DNA of 64,000 bases, taken from the sequence record OL656110.1. The stretch is one strand, 5' to 3'. This document shows, piece by piece, positions 17,947 through 26,119 of the stretch (positions within the stretch are counted from its first letter, which is position 1; each line of letters opens with the position of its first letter). The DNA is from Escherichia phage vB_EcoM-RPN242. The translations under genes were made by a program, and so were the position numbers. The notes beneath the pieces are model-generated. The model saw only the letters and a program-made list of their open reading frames with translations, did no database searches and was not told the origin of the DNA.

Positions 17947-20229
17947 TTATACAACACAGCTGTCGCACTGAGTTTCCTCAGCCTGTTTCAGCTCTTCGTC
18001 TTCCTTGGCGTCCTTGTTTGTGTTGTAATACAGAGTCTTGCCACCCCACATATAGAACGACAGGATATCCTGCATCATCTTGGCGCGAGGGATCTTGCTG
18101 TCAGGGTACTTCTCTGGGTCATACCACGTGTTGGTACTGATGGACTGGTCAACCCAGCGCTGGATGACAGCAGCGGTCTTCAGGTACTCAATACAGTCCA
18201 GGTCCCACTTGAGGTCATACATCGGTCCAAGGGTCTCAACGTCCGGGACGACCTGCTTATAAGTGCCGTCCTTGCTACCCTTGATGCTCACCAAGCCCTT
18301 CGGTGGCTCAATGCCGTTCGTTGCGTTGAGGACCTGTGAGGAGCTTTCGGTAGGGGCTACTGCCAGCAGGGTGGCGTTTCGGATACCATAGGTCTTCAGA
18401 TTATCCTTCAACCCATCCCAATCCAGCCCGTATGCCATCCCTTCTGGCTTCTTGCCATTTGGTAGGATATCAAGTGGAAGCGGCTGAAGGTCGGCGGTGA
18501 CCTGCCCATTATTGTGGATGGTTCCGCGTTTACACGCCCCGAACTTCATAGCCAGACGGTTGGACGCCTTGACCAGATAGAAGTGCAGGTGTGCCATCCA
18601 CGCATCCAGCATTTCAAGACCAGCTGGTGAGCCATAGCCCGTGAAGTTCTTGGCCAAGAAGTGAGCCACATTCACGATACCAACACCCAGAGGACGATAG
18701 TCTTCAACAGCTTTACGAGCCTGAATCGCTGGATAGTCCTGATATTCCAACAGCATGTCCAGCGCAGACACCAACACGAACGCCACGTCTTCCATTTCCG
18801 TAGGATCTTCGAACGCTGTCAGGTTGAAGGAAGCCAGGGTGCACAGAGCCACGCGCCCGTTTTCATCGTTGTACTGCTCAAACTCACGGGTCGGCAGGGC
18901 GATTTCTAAACAAAGATTTGAAGAATAAATCGTGTCTAGGTTGAATGGACTGTACTCATTCATGTGATCGACAAACGCGATGTAGATGCGGCCTGTGTCT
19001 GAACGCTGGTCTAACAGCATCTGGAACACCTCTTCTGCCTGCAACTTTTTAGCACGAACCAAACCAGCATCGGCGGCCTTGATCATGTTCTCATACAGAG
19101 TACGGAACTTGTCAACGTCAGCGAAGTATGCTTCATACATTTCGCGGTTGTCTTTCGGGTCGAACAGATACAGAGGCTGCTTGGCAACCAGGCGCTCAAA
19201 CATCACGCGGTTGATCTGAATGCCATAGTCGATACGGCGTTCGCGGTTTTCTTCAGTACCACGGTTGTTCTTCAGAACAACAACGTCATCGAACTGGTAA
19301 TGCCACAGAGGGATGTACGCTGTTGCTGCACCACCACGAATGCCGCCCTGAGAGCAAGATTTGAGTGCCCCAGTGAGATACTTGATGAATGGGATCAGGC
19401 CTGTGTGAACCATCTCTCCGCCGCGAATAGGACTACCAATCCCACGGATTGCCCCGACATCGAAGCCGATACCCGCACGTTTGGACACATAGTCAACGAT
19501 GGTCTTGGCTGTTGCGTTGATAGAGTTCAGGGTGTCATCAGTCTTGATTAACACACAGGAACTGAACTGACGGGTAGGAGTACGAACACCTGCCATAATC
19601 GGGGTGGGAAGACTGAACTTGCCTGTGCTGGCATATTCATAGAACTTTTTCACCATCTCCAGGCGGCTGGCTTTGTCCCAGTTAGAGAACAACGCCATGG
19701 CGATGCCCATGTACATGACCTGAGGGGTTTCGTAGAAGATCTTGCTGTCTTTCTTGGAACGGTCGCGCAACAGGTACTTCTCAGTCAGCTGACCCATGGC
19801 CGCCCACGTGAAGTTCTTATCGCGTTTGTGATTGATGACATCGTTCAGCTCGTTGAACTCTTCGGTCGTGTAGAGATCAAGGAACTCACGATCATACACG
19901 CGCTGTTTGATGTTCTTGACGAAGATGTCCAGCAGGTGAGGCGGCTTGTACTGACCGTAGACAGCCTTGCGCAGATCATACGACTTCAGACGAGCAGCCA
20001 CATACTGGTAATTGGGTTTGTCTACAGAGATCAGTGAAGCCGCAGCCTGGATGAGGATATCCTGAATGCGATCTGTTCTCATGTTGTCGGTGAACTGAAT
20101 CTTCGATGCAGCGATCACCTCTGACATTGACACACCAGACAGGCCATCACAGGCGCGGTCTACGACTGCGTGTAGTTTCTCAATATCAAATGGGACAGAA
20201 GATCCGTCACGTTTTATAACGTTAATCAT
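17947..20229 (-). CDS. nrdA: ribonucleotide reductase class Ia large subunit
   Basis: 760 aa; collinear with E. coli NrdA (KRDGS, PNYQYVAARL, LPTPIMAGVRTPTRQFSSCVLI, SCSQGGIRGGAAT, NLCLEIALPT, C-terminal CDSC). Confidence 0.95.
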   Translation of the reverse strand: MINVIKRDGSSVPFDIEKLHAVVDRACDGLSGVSMSEVIAASKIQFTDNMRTDRIQDILIQAAASLISVDKPNYQYVAARLKSYDLRKAVYGQYKPPHLLDIFVKNIKQRVYDREFLDLYTTEEFNELNDVINHKRDKNFTWAAMGQLTEKYLLRDRSKKDSKIFYETPQVMYMGIAMALFSNWDKASRLEMVKKFYEYASTGKFSLPTPIMAGVRTPTRQFSSCVLIKTDDTLNSINATAKTIVDYVSKRAGIGFDVGAIRGIGSPIRGGEMVHTGLIPFIKYLTGALKSCSQGGIRGGAATAYIPLWHYQFDDVVVLKNNRGTEENRERRIDYGIQINRVMFERLVAKQPLYLFDPKDNREMYEAYFADVDKFRTLYENMIKAADAGLVRAKKLQAEEVFQMLLDQRSDTGRIYIAFVDHMNEYSPFNLDTIYSSNLCLEIALPTREFEQYNDENGRVALCTLASFNLTAFEDPTEMEDVAFVLVSALDMLLEYQDYPAIQARKAVEDYRPLGVGIVNVAHFLAKNFTGYGSPAGLEMLDAWMAHLHFYLVKASNRLAMKFGACKRGTIHNNGQVTADLQPLPLDILPNGKKPEGMAYGLDWDGLKDNLKTYGIRNATLLAVAPTESSSQVLNATNGIEPPKGLVSIKGSKDGTYKQVVPDVETLGPMYDLKWDLDCIEYLKTAAVIQRWVDQSISTNTWYDPEKYPDSKIPRAKMMQDILSFYMWGGKTLYYNTNKDAKEDEELKQAEETQCDSCVV

Positions 20230-20312
20230 GGTGTTCCTCGGGTTTGTTTACGCAGGTTTTATTATACGCCGCCATCGTAGATTGAAGGCGGCAGGGAGGG
20301 TTGGCGAGTTAC

Positions 20313-21155
20313 TTAAATGTCATACAGATCGTTGACTTCCAGCATCAGGCGGGTGAAGTCGCCGCGCCCGTTGCGGTCAGACTTGTCGAACTCGATGATA
20401 CTGAACGGCTGAACCCATTCAGGGTACTCATCACCGACGCCAACACCATCGATCTTCAGGGTTCCGGCCTCCAACTTGGCGTTGAAGTCGCGGAAGGAAC
20501 TGACGTACTTTTCAAGGGCGCTGTCGCGCAGGCGCTTGTTGGACTGTTTGATGTCACCGTTGACGAAGATGTAAGTCGAGTCGGATGCGCGGGTCAGTAG
20601 GTTCTTCAGCTGCTCCATATCACATTCCTGCGCTTCTTCAATGATCAGGAAGGTGTCGTCGAAGGTCATCCCCTTGATGGTCTCCAGATCCTGGATCTCA
20701 ATAATCCGCTTCTCCCACAGATAGTTGAAGAAACCGTCGCTACCTGTGTCGGTCTTCAGCACCTTCTTCAGCGTCTGAATCAGGGGCATCAGATATGGCA
20801 TCAGCTTTTCGTATGTGTCGCCAGGACGGAAGCCTGCAGTCTGGCCTGTTGGCAGCGGAGAGCGCGTGATGACGATCTTACTGACCACTTTATCGATCAG
20901 GAGCTTGGCGGCGGCTGAGGCACCACAATACGATTTACCTGTGCCTGCCGGGCCGATTGCGATGGTGAGGTTTTCTTCAAGAGCAGATTGATACGCGAGG
21001 TTCTGATTTTCTGAGAGGCCATTGAACGGAGCGATTCTGAAGTCACCTTTAGAGAACTTCATCCAGTCATCTTCTTTCTGGATTGTCTCTTTCTTACGTG
21101 CTGACTTGGTCTTGCCCGCTGGCTTCTTACTTACAACTTTGGTGGCAGATTGCAT
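20313..21155 (-). CDS. phoH: PhoH-like ATPase
   Basis: 280 aa; ENQNLAYQSALEE ... GPAGTGKSY Walker A and PhoH-type downstream regions. Confidence 0.85.
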   Translation of the reverse strand: MQSATKVVSKKPAGKTKSARKKETIQKEDDWMKFSKGDFRIAPFNGLSENQNLAYQSALEENLTIAIGPAGTGKSYCGASAAAKLLIDKVVSKIVITRSPLPTGQTAGFRPGDTYEKLMPYLMPLIQTLKKVLKTDTGSDGFFNYLWEKRIIEIQDLETIKGMTFDDTFLIIEEAQECDMEQLKNLLTRASDSTYIFVNGDIKQSNKRLRDSALEKYVSSFRDFNAKLEAGTLKIDGVGVGDEYPEWVQPFSIIEFDKSDRNGRGDFTRLMLEVNDLYDI

Positions 21156-21221
21156 GGGAACCTTCCTATATCTCAGGGTGTCATCACCTCTAATTAAGGT
21201 GACAACCCCAGCATACCTGAG

Positions 21222-21254
21222 GATTGGATAAAGAAAAGGCCGTTTCCGGCCTTT
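21222..21254 (-). terminator. rho-independent terminator
   Basis: aaggccg-tttc-cggcctt hairpin (21236..21253) followed on minus strand by TTTTCTTTATCC. Confidence 0.65.
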
Positions 21255-21257
21255 GAG

Positions 21258-22052
21258 TTAACTGAAACTCTTGTATGCTGCTGCGAGCTTCGTGTCGTAC
21301 TGGTTCTTGGCATACGCCGGACCATTATAGCGCCGCGCAAACTCAGCCCAGTTCTTGTCCTTCAGAGCCTGCCAGAGCTTGGCGTCAGCCTTGATGAACT
21401 TCACGAATGCCATCAAATGAGCACGTTCTCCTGTCAGGAAGTCGTTGAACATCTCCTTGGCGTTGGCATATCCACAGACCTGGCAGTTGAATCCCATGAT
21501 CTGGAAGAGACCGTAAGAGGCGCTCTCGTACGCACAATCCTCATCAATGTTGATGGCCGCATGAAGTCGATCCAACTCCGCGTCGCCGCCCGTGTACCCG
21601 CCTGCAGAAGGGTTGACCAACGTCGGGTACATATGTCCCATGGCATTCGCCCGAGCCTGTCCGAACTTCGCCATCAGCTTTTTATACATGATGTGGCGCT
21701 CAAATAATGTCTTGATCTTACCTGACTTGGTGAAGCCCGTGCCGCGCGACTCAACCTGATTCACCGCCTTGACAGAGGCAAGGTCAACACCCAGATCGTT
21801 AGCAGCATCAATCAGGTCTGACTCAGTTAGATGATCCTGATGGGCGTCTCCGGCGTTGCGAATAGCATAGGAGGTCTTTGGACCCACGATACCATCAATG
21901 ACAAGCCCCGCACCCGCCTGAACAGTCTTGACGGCGTTCTCTGTTGCCTTGCCAAAGATACCATCAGCGACGAGGGTGAAGCCGATTTTGTTGAGGCTAT
22001 CCTGAAGTGCCTTCACTTCAGTACCACGGTTGCCAAATTTTAGAATGGCCAT
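21258..22052 (-). CDS. endolysin: N-terminal peptidoglycan-binding domain + C-terminal muramidase-like domain
   Basis: Start at ATG 22052 with GGAGG RBS; PG-binding-like LKFGNRGTEVKALQDSLNKIGF...DGIFGKATENAVK; C-terminal YGLFQIMGFN region resembling DUF3380-type N-acetylmuramidases. Confidence 0.7.
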   Translation of the reverse strand: MAILKFGNRGTEVKALQDSLNKIGFTLVADGIFGKATENAVKTVQAGAGLVIDGIVGPKTSYAIRNAGDAHQDHLTESDLIDAANDLGVDLASVKAVNQVESRGTGFTKSGKIKTLFERHIMYKKLMAKFGQARANAMGHMYPTLVNPSAGGYTGGDAELDRLHAAINIDEDCAYESASYGLFQIMGFNCQVCGYANAKEMFNDFLTGERAHLMAFVKFIKADAKLWQALKDKNWAEFARRYNGPAYAKNQYDTKLAAAYKSFS

Positions 22053-22121
22053 AAGAAAATACCTCCACAATGAATGCAGAGGTATTTAAAGTGAAAGTGA
22101 ACTACTTGAGGGAGTGGTGTA

Positions 22122-22457
22122 CTACATTTCTTTGAGCAGCGTTGCCATAAATTCCACCTTCTGGCGCAAACTGATATACGCTTCCGGAGCCGATTTGCCA
22201 CGCCCTTCTAATGAATCCCACCCGATGATTTTCGCCGACCAAAGTTTCTCATACTGATGGTAGGTCATCAAAAACGACTTACGACACATTTTGATGTCTG
22301 CGCCTTCTATGTTTCTGAGTATTTCCCAGTCCACCTGGCCCAAAGAAATTTTGAGTTCATACAGAGCCAATCTTGACAATTCCAAGTTATTCTTTGGAGT
22401 GCCTTCTGGTTTACCTGGCTCTGTTATGGCCAAAGCCTCTTGTTTTGTTAGTTTCAT
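22122..22457 (-). CDS. hypothetical protein (111 aa)
   Basis: Start at ATG 22457 (MKLTKQ...), ATGA overlap with upstream gene; longer track ORF is an out-of-frame extension. Confidence 0.5.
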   Translation of the reverse strand: MKLTKQEALAITEPGKPEGTPKNNLELSRLALYELKISLGQVDWEILRNIEGADIKMCRKSFLMTYHQYEKLWSAKIIGWDSLEGRGKSAPEAYISLRQKVEFMATLLKEM

Positions 22458-22642
22458 CTTGCTATCACCACTGGCATAACTTCGCTGAAGGACGTACGAA
22501 CTTCGGCGTCGTACCCGTATTTTTCCAGGACTGCCAACATCGCCTGCTCGAGTTCCTCTTGGAACTGAGGGAAGACTTTGTTCGGAATGCGGTCGGCAAC
22601 CCAGAGAGCGCCTGCTGAGGCTTGGATGACTGCGCGGGGCAT
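22454..22642 (-). CDS. hypothetical protein (62 aa)
   Basis: ATG start with strong AGGAGA RBS. Confidence 0.5.
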   Translation of the reverse strand: MPRAVIQASAGALWVADRIPNKVFPQFQEELEQAMLAVLEKYGYDAEVRTSFSEVMPVVIAR

Positions 22643-22664
22643 GGTAATCTCCTACCAAAAATCT

Positions 22665-22690
22665 GAATGGGAGGGGAGGTAACTCCCCTT
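22665..22690 (-). terminator. rho-independent terminator
   Basis: ggggag-gtaa-ctcccc hairpin (22673..22688) followed on minus strand by a T-rich run. Confidence 0.55.
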
Positions 22691-22705
22691 TGTTACACGT
22701 CGGGA

Positions 22706-23194
22706 TTAGGCCAGTTTGCTCACCAGAGCTTCAACTGCGTCGGCGCTCAGTTTACCCATTTTGACGTACTGAGCTTTTGCTTCACCACCAGCCGCTTTCA
22801 CGATGTCGGTGTTGTCGTACCCCTTCTTAGGGAATACCATCACAGAGAAGGAACCGTTGTTCAGCGGGTTCAGCTGGATGCGACCTTTACCGACTACGAT
22901 GGTGCCGTAAGTTTCGGTGTTTGCTTCGACAATGTGGATGTCGTGACCCAGGTTTTTCAGCATACCAACTTTGTCGGCAGTCTTAGCAACCACAGCTTTG
23001 TCAACCACAACCTGCTCTACCAGGGTGAAGCCGTTAGTCGATTTCACTTTACCGTTCAGCAGGTTCATGAAGGAAGTTTTGCCACCAGTGAAGCCAGCCG
23101 CCTGAGCGATGCGGAACATTTCAACTTTAGCAACTTCGGTGTTCAGTTCGAAAGAGATGGTGCCGTTGGTGATCAGAGTTTTGGTAGTAGCCAT
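22706..23194 (-). CDS. hypothetical protein (162 aa), probably highly expressed
   Basis: Start at ATG 23194 with GAGGAATTACATC leader; flanked by a terminator downstream and an AT-rich structured upstream region. Confidence 0.6.
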   Translation of the reverse strand: MATTKTLITNGTISFELNTEVAKVEMFRIAQAAGFTGGKTSFMNLLNGKVKSTNGFTLVEQVVVDKAVVAKTADKVGMLKNLGHDIHIVEANTETYGTIVVGKGRIQLNPLNNGSFSVMVFPKKGYDNTDIVKAAGGEAKAQYVKMGKLSADAVEALVSKLA

Positions 23195-23340
23195 GATGTA
23201 ATTCCTCATAATGTAGTTGGTTCATTTCACTTTTCATTCGGCGGTGTGTTGCCGCCCTATGTGAACTATAATAGTGCATCATTATTGAAGAGTAAAGTCT
23301 TTTTCAATAATTTTTTAAAATATTTTTGAAGTATTTTAAA

Positions 23341-23361
23341 AGGCCTCATTCGACGAGGCCT
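23341..23361 (-). terminator. hairpin terminator candidate
   Basis: aggcctc-gtcgaat-gaggcct palindrome followed on minus strand by TTTTAAAATAC. Confidence 0.45.
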
Positions 23362-23435
23362 GGAGGGAGGTGATGTGAAGTAAAAAGTTTTAGCTCGGGC
23401 GAAATCTTACAAACTCGCGAGCCAATTCGGCCTGT

Positions 23436-23597
23436 TCAGCACTGATTGGTTCCCCATGGAAGTCCACCTGACCATTCTTCCAGCCGTGGATGAAACTCGG
23501 AGACTCTTCCCCAGATAGGACATACCCCTTCACGAGATTTCAAGTACCCCCGCACGACCTCTCCGTCGTCCAGTTTGTTCAGTTCTTCTAACGTCAT
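23436..23597 (-). CDS. small ORF (53 aa) with apparent +1 frame continuation
   Basis: ATG at 23597 (ATGA overlap with primase stop, GAGGAAAG RBS); frame 1 stops after 53 codons but protein-like reading continues in the +1 frame to about 23384. Confidence 0.3.
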   Translation of the reverse strand: MTLEELNKLDDGEVVRGYLKSREGVCPIWGRVSEFHPRLEEWSGGLPWGTNQC

Positions 23598-24652
23598 CGC
23601 ACTTTCCTCAGTTCAGCGAATTGTAATGATGCGGCCATACCTTGGTAAACGTTCTTGGCGATTAGCTTCAGGAGGTCTTGTATGGACATGTTGCCCTTTG
23701 ATGGCATGACCATGTCGTTGATATCCTTCCAAGGAACGTCTGGTGGGAACAGTACAACCTTGACACCTTTATCTATCATCTTCTGAATACCGTCACACAC
23801 CTGTGGGTTCCGGTACTGATTATCAGGGATATAAATGTCTCCCTTCACGCTCAGTAGATCAGCGTCGGCCGATGCAAGACAGTTGGGTAGGAACAGGCTG
23901 TCAATCGGACCTTCCACAACCAGCTTGGTCTTGTGAATGTTTACCCGGTCTTCACCATACACCTTAGTGTCTTCATCCTTGGGCTTGACTGTTGCGTAGC
24001 GCAGTGTCGCATTCTTGTCGAATGCACGCCCCTGAACGATCTTCATCCGCCCATCTTGCGTCCAGAATGGGATTACCAGGCGCTCGTCATCGGGAATTTT
24101 CAGTTGCTTCTCAGGGTTCGTTTCGAACTGGAGTAGATCCTGGCGGAAGTGTTGTGTGTAATACAGGAGGGACAAAGTGCTCTCCGGCAGTCCACGCCAC
24201 TGTACGTACTGTCGAGCCTTATGGTCAGGCGGTAGCAGATCAAGCCGTAGCATATTGCCGAGGAGGCTCTCGTCGCGTTTCGCCGCCACTGAGCCAATAC
24301 GGGCGGTCTGTGTCAGCTTTGGCAGCGGCTTCAGGGAAGGAAGTGGTCTGTCCGACGTATCACCCAGCAGACGGAACTTCTCCATGTTGTACTCTGTTGA
24401 GAGGCGTTCGTCGAACTTCTTCAGCCAGAACTCAAATGACCAGCCATTCATCTGGTTGCAGTTGTGGCATTTGAACCGGAAGCAGTCATGATCCCGATCA
24501 TAGAAGAAGTATCCACGGCGCTTGTTAGCAGACTTCGTGGAGTCACCACACAGGGGACAACGGAAGTTCGCAACAGAACCCACGCGCTCCCACTTGAACT
24601 TGTCAAGGCGGGGCGATACGTTGTTGATAAATTGCTCGTCAAGAAATTTCAT
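23594..24652 (-). CDS. 61: DNA primase (T4 gp61-like; zinc ribbon + TOPRIM)
   Basis: Start at ATG 24652 (TAATG overlap); zinc motif RCPLCGDS...CHNC; TOPRIM LVVEGPIDSLFL; collinear with T4 gp61. Confidence 0.8.
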   Translation of the reverse strand: MKFLDEQFINNVSPRLDKFKWERVGSVANFRCPLCGDSTKSANKRRGYFFYDRDHDCFRFKCHNCNQMNGWSFEFWLKKFDERLSTEYNMEKFRLLGDTSDRPLPSLKPLPKLTQTARIGSVAAKRDESLLGNMLRLDLLPPDHKARQYVQWRGLPESTLSLLYYTQHFRQDLLQFETNPEKQLKIPDDERLVIPFWTQDGRMKIVQGRAFDKNATLRYATVKPKDEDTKVYGEDRVNIHKTKLVVEGPIDSLFLPNCLASADADLLSVKGDIYIPDNQYRNPQVCDGIQKMIDKGVKVVLFPPDVPWKDINDMVMPSKGNMSIQDLLKLIAKNVYQGMAASLQFAELRKVR

Positions 24653-25263
24653 TAGATCTTCGGCCTCTGGAACACTTCGGTCACAGTATAGTCTACACCA
24701 CGACTTTGAGCTATACACAGTTGACGCCAAGCCCCATACAGGATATTCTGCTCCCCGGCAGTGTTGCGCTCAAAGTGGGCGAAGCCGTCGAGGAGTTCCA
24801 TGTAGCTACGCATATGCCGGGTAACGGTTCTTCCTCTCTTGATCTGTTCATCAAGGTACTTCTGATAATGCTCTGGTGATGACAATGAAGAGTACTGCAT
24901 GTCTGGCACATGAACTGGCATCAGGGACTTGCGGGGTGTGAAGTAGAACAACCCCCACTTTGGTGGCAGGTCTTCAACCCTGATCACGTCCTGAGGGCAG
25001 ACATAAAAGCGGTATGCGCCCATCCCTGTTGTGGGGTCCATCCGATGGGGCTTCTTCTTGTCGGTAAGGAAATCAGAGCGAGACACCTTCACTTCCATCA
25101 GGATAGAGCAACCGCCGGAACGGAACCCGATGGCATCAGGTGATTCTTTGTTGTCAAACGAATTTGGCTCGATGAAGACAGCGCCGCAGTTCATGCGACC
25201 GCGCAGGTAGTTGGCCGCGATTTCACATCCTTCGCGGTGTGACGGGATAAAGATTTTGCTCAT
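24652..25263 (-). CDS. PD-(D/E)xK nuclease-fold protein
   Basis: Start at ATG 25263 (MSKIFIP...); D ... EVK arrangement (PDAIGF ... ILMEVKVS). Confidence 0.4.
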   Translation of the reverse strand: MSKIFIPSHREGCEIAANYLRGRMNCGAVFIEPNSFDNKESPDAIGFRSGGCSILMEVKVSRSDFLTDKKKPHRMDPTTGMGAYRFYVCPQDVIRVEDLPPKWGLFYFTPRKSLMPVHVPDMQYSSLSSPEHYQKYLDEQIKRGRTVTRHMRSYMELLDGFAHFERNTAGEQNILYGAWRQLCIAQSRGVDYTVTEVFQRPKI

Positions 25264-25319
25264 TGTCCTTTCCTTTCGGTGAATAATGAGCAAATTATAT
25301 GCCTTTATTTCGTATTGAC

Positions 25320-25673
25320 TTACGACAGCTGCTTCAGTTTGTAGATCGTCTGATAACACAGTGTCTTGATATCGTCAAGAGTGCTCTGAAGGTGGGAGTC
25401 ACACTGCTTGTAGATGCCATCGACGTCTATCACCACACTATTAATATAGGAGATAGGGTCTGGGTTGTACAATTTGATATTCTCGAATGATGGAACATAC
25501 TGACCACCCGCACCGATGTATGCTTCGGTAAACGTGTCCAGCAAGTCCTCTAGACCCCCGTAGAACTCCCCGAGTGCCTTGTGCTTGGCATAGGACGTTG
25601 TAACGAAGTGTAAGGCATGAGAGTGGGCTATAGCAAGCAGTCCACGGTTGATGAAAATACTCGCATTGACCAT
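25320..25673 (-). CDS. hypothetical protein (117 aa)
   Basis: Start at ATG 25673 (MVNASIF...) downstream of terminator hairpin. Confidence 0.5.
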   Translation of the reverse strand: MVNASIFINRGLLAIAHSHALHFVTTSYAKHKALGEFYGGLEDLLDTFTEAYIGAGGQYVPSFENIKLYNPDPISYINSVVIDVDGIYKQCDSHLQSTLDDIKTLCYQTIYKLKQLS

Positions 25674-25684
25674 GATTTGTTTCC

Positions 25685-25720
25685 TCAGAAAAAGAAATCC
25701 CCCTGTATTTAGGGGGATTG
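25685..25720 (-). terminator. rho-independent terminator
   Basis: atccccc-tgtattta-gggggat hairpin (25697..25718) followed on minus strand by TTCTTTTTCTG. Confidence 0.6.
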
Positions 25721-25758
25721 TAATCACTGTTTGACCAGAGTCATCTTGATAGTTTCAC

Positions 25759-26064
25759 TTAGTCTTTGTCGGCAGACTTGCCAAAGAAGAATTCGAAACC
25801 GTCATGGACAACAACGACTTCCTGACCTTGGGAGATACCGTGAGTCTGGTCTGGGGTCAGTTTCACCTTGATAGTGTTGCCGTTGGTTAACTCCAGGTTG
25901 TAGACATCCGCCTGATTGTCAGGGGTGATCTGGGTCACGGTAGCACCGGAGCACCACTGAGTGCCGTCAGCTTGCTTGGTGATGGATACGGTCTTACCCT
26001 GGACACCAGCATGGGTCTGAGGTTTAGCGGCTTGTTCTTTAAAATATTCGATAAACGGTTTCAT
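25759..26064 (-). CDS. hypothetical late protein (101 aa)
   Basis: ATG start with GAGGAG RBS; TATAAATA late box 24 nt upstream on the coding strand. Confidence 0.6.
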   Translation of the reverse strand: MKPFIEYFKEQAAKPQTHAGVQGKTVSITKQADGTQWCSGATVTQITPDNQADVYNLELTNGNTIKVKLTPDQTHGISQGQEVVVVHDGFEFFFGKSADKD

Positions 26065-26087
26065 CTTAATCTCCTCGGGATTTCAGT

Positions 26088-26095
26088 TATTTATA
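26088..26095 (-). promoter_or_regulatory. T4-type late promoter box TATAAATA (minus strand)
   Basis: Plus strand reads tatttata at 26088..26095; abuts hairpin agcccc-cgaa-ggggct (26096..26111), which may terminate the upstream 906-aa gene. Confidence 0.55.
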
Positions 26096-26119
26096 AGCCC
26101 CCGAAGGGGCTTTCGATGA

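Noticed and set aside
22122-22658. Long form of the ORF (178 aa) starting at 22658
   Set aside because: The N-terminal 67 residues are an out-of-frame overlap with the well-formed 62-aa gene 22454..22642; the ATG at 22457 with an ATGA overlap is the more plausible start.
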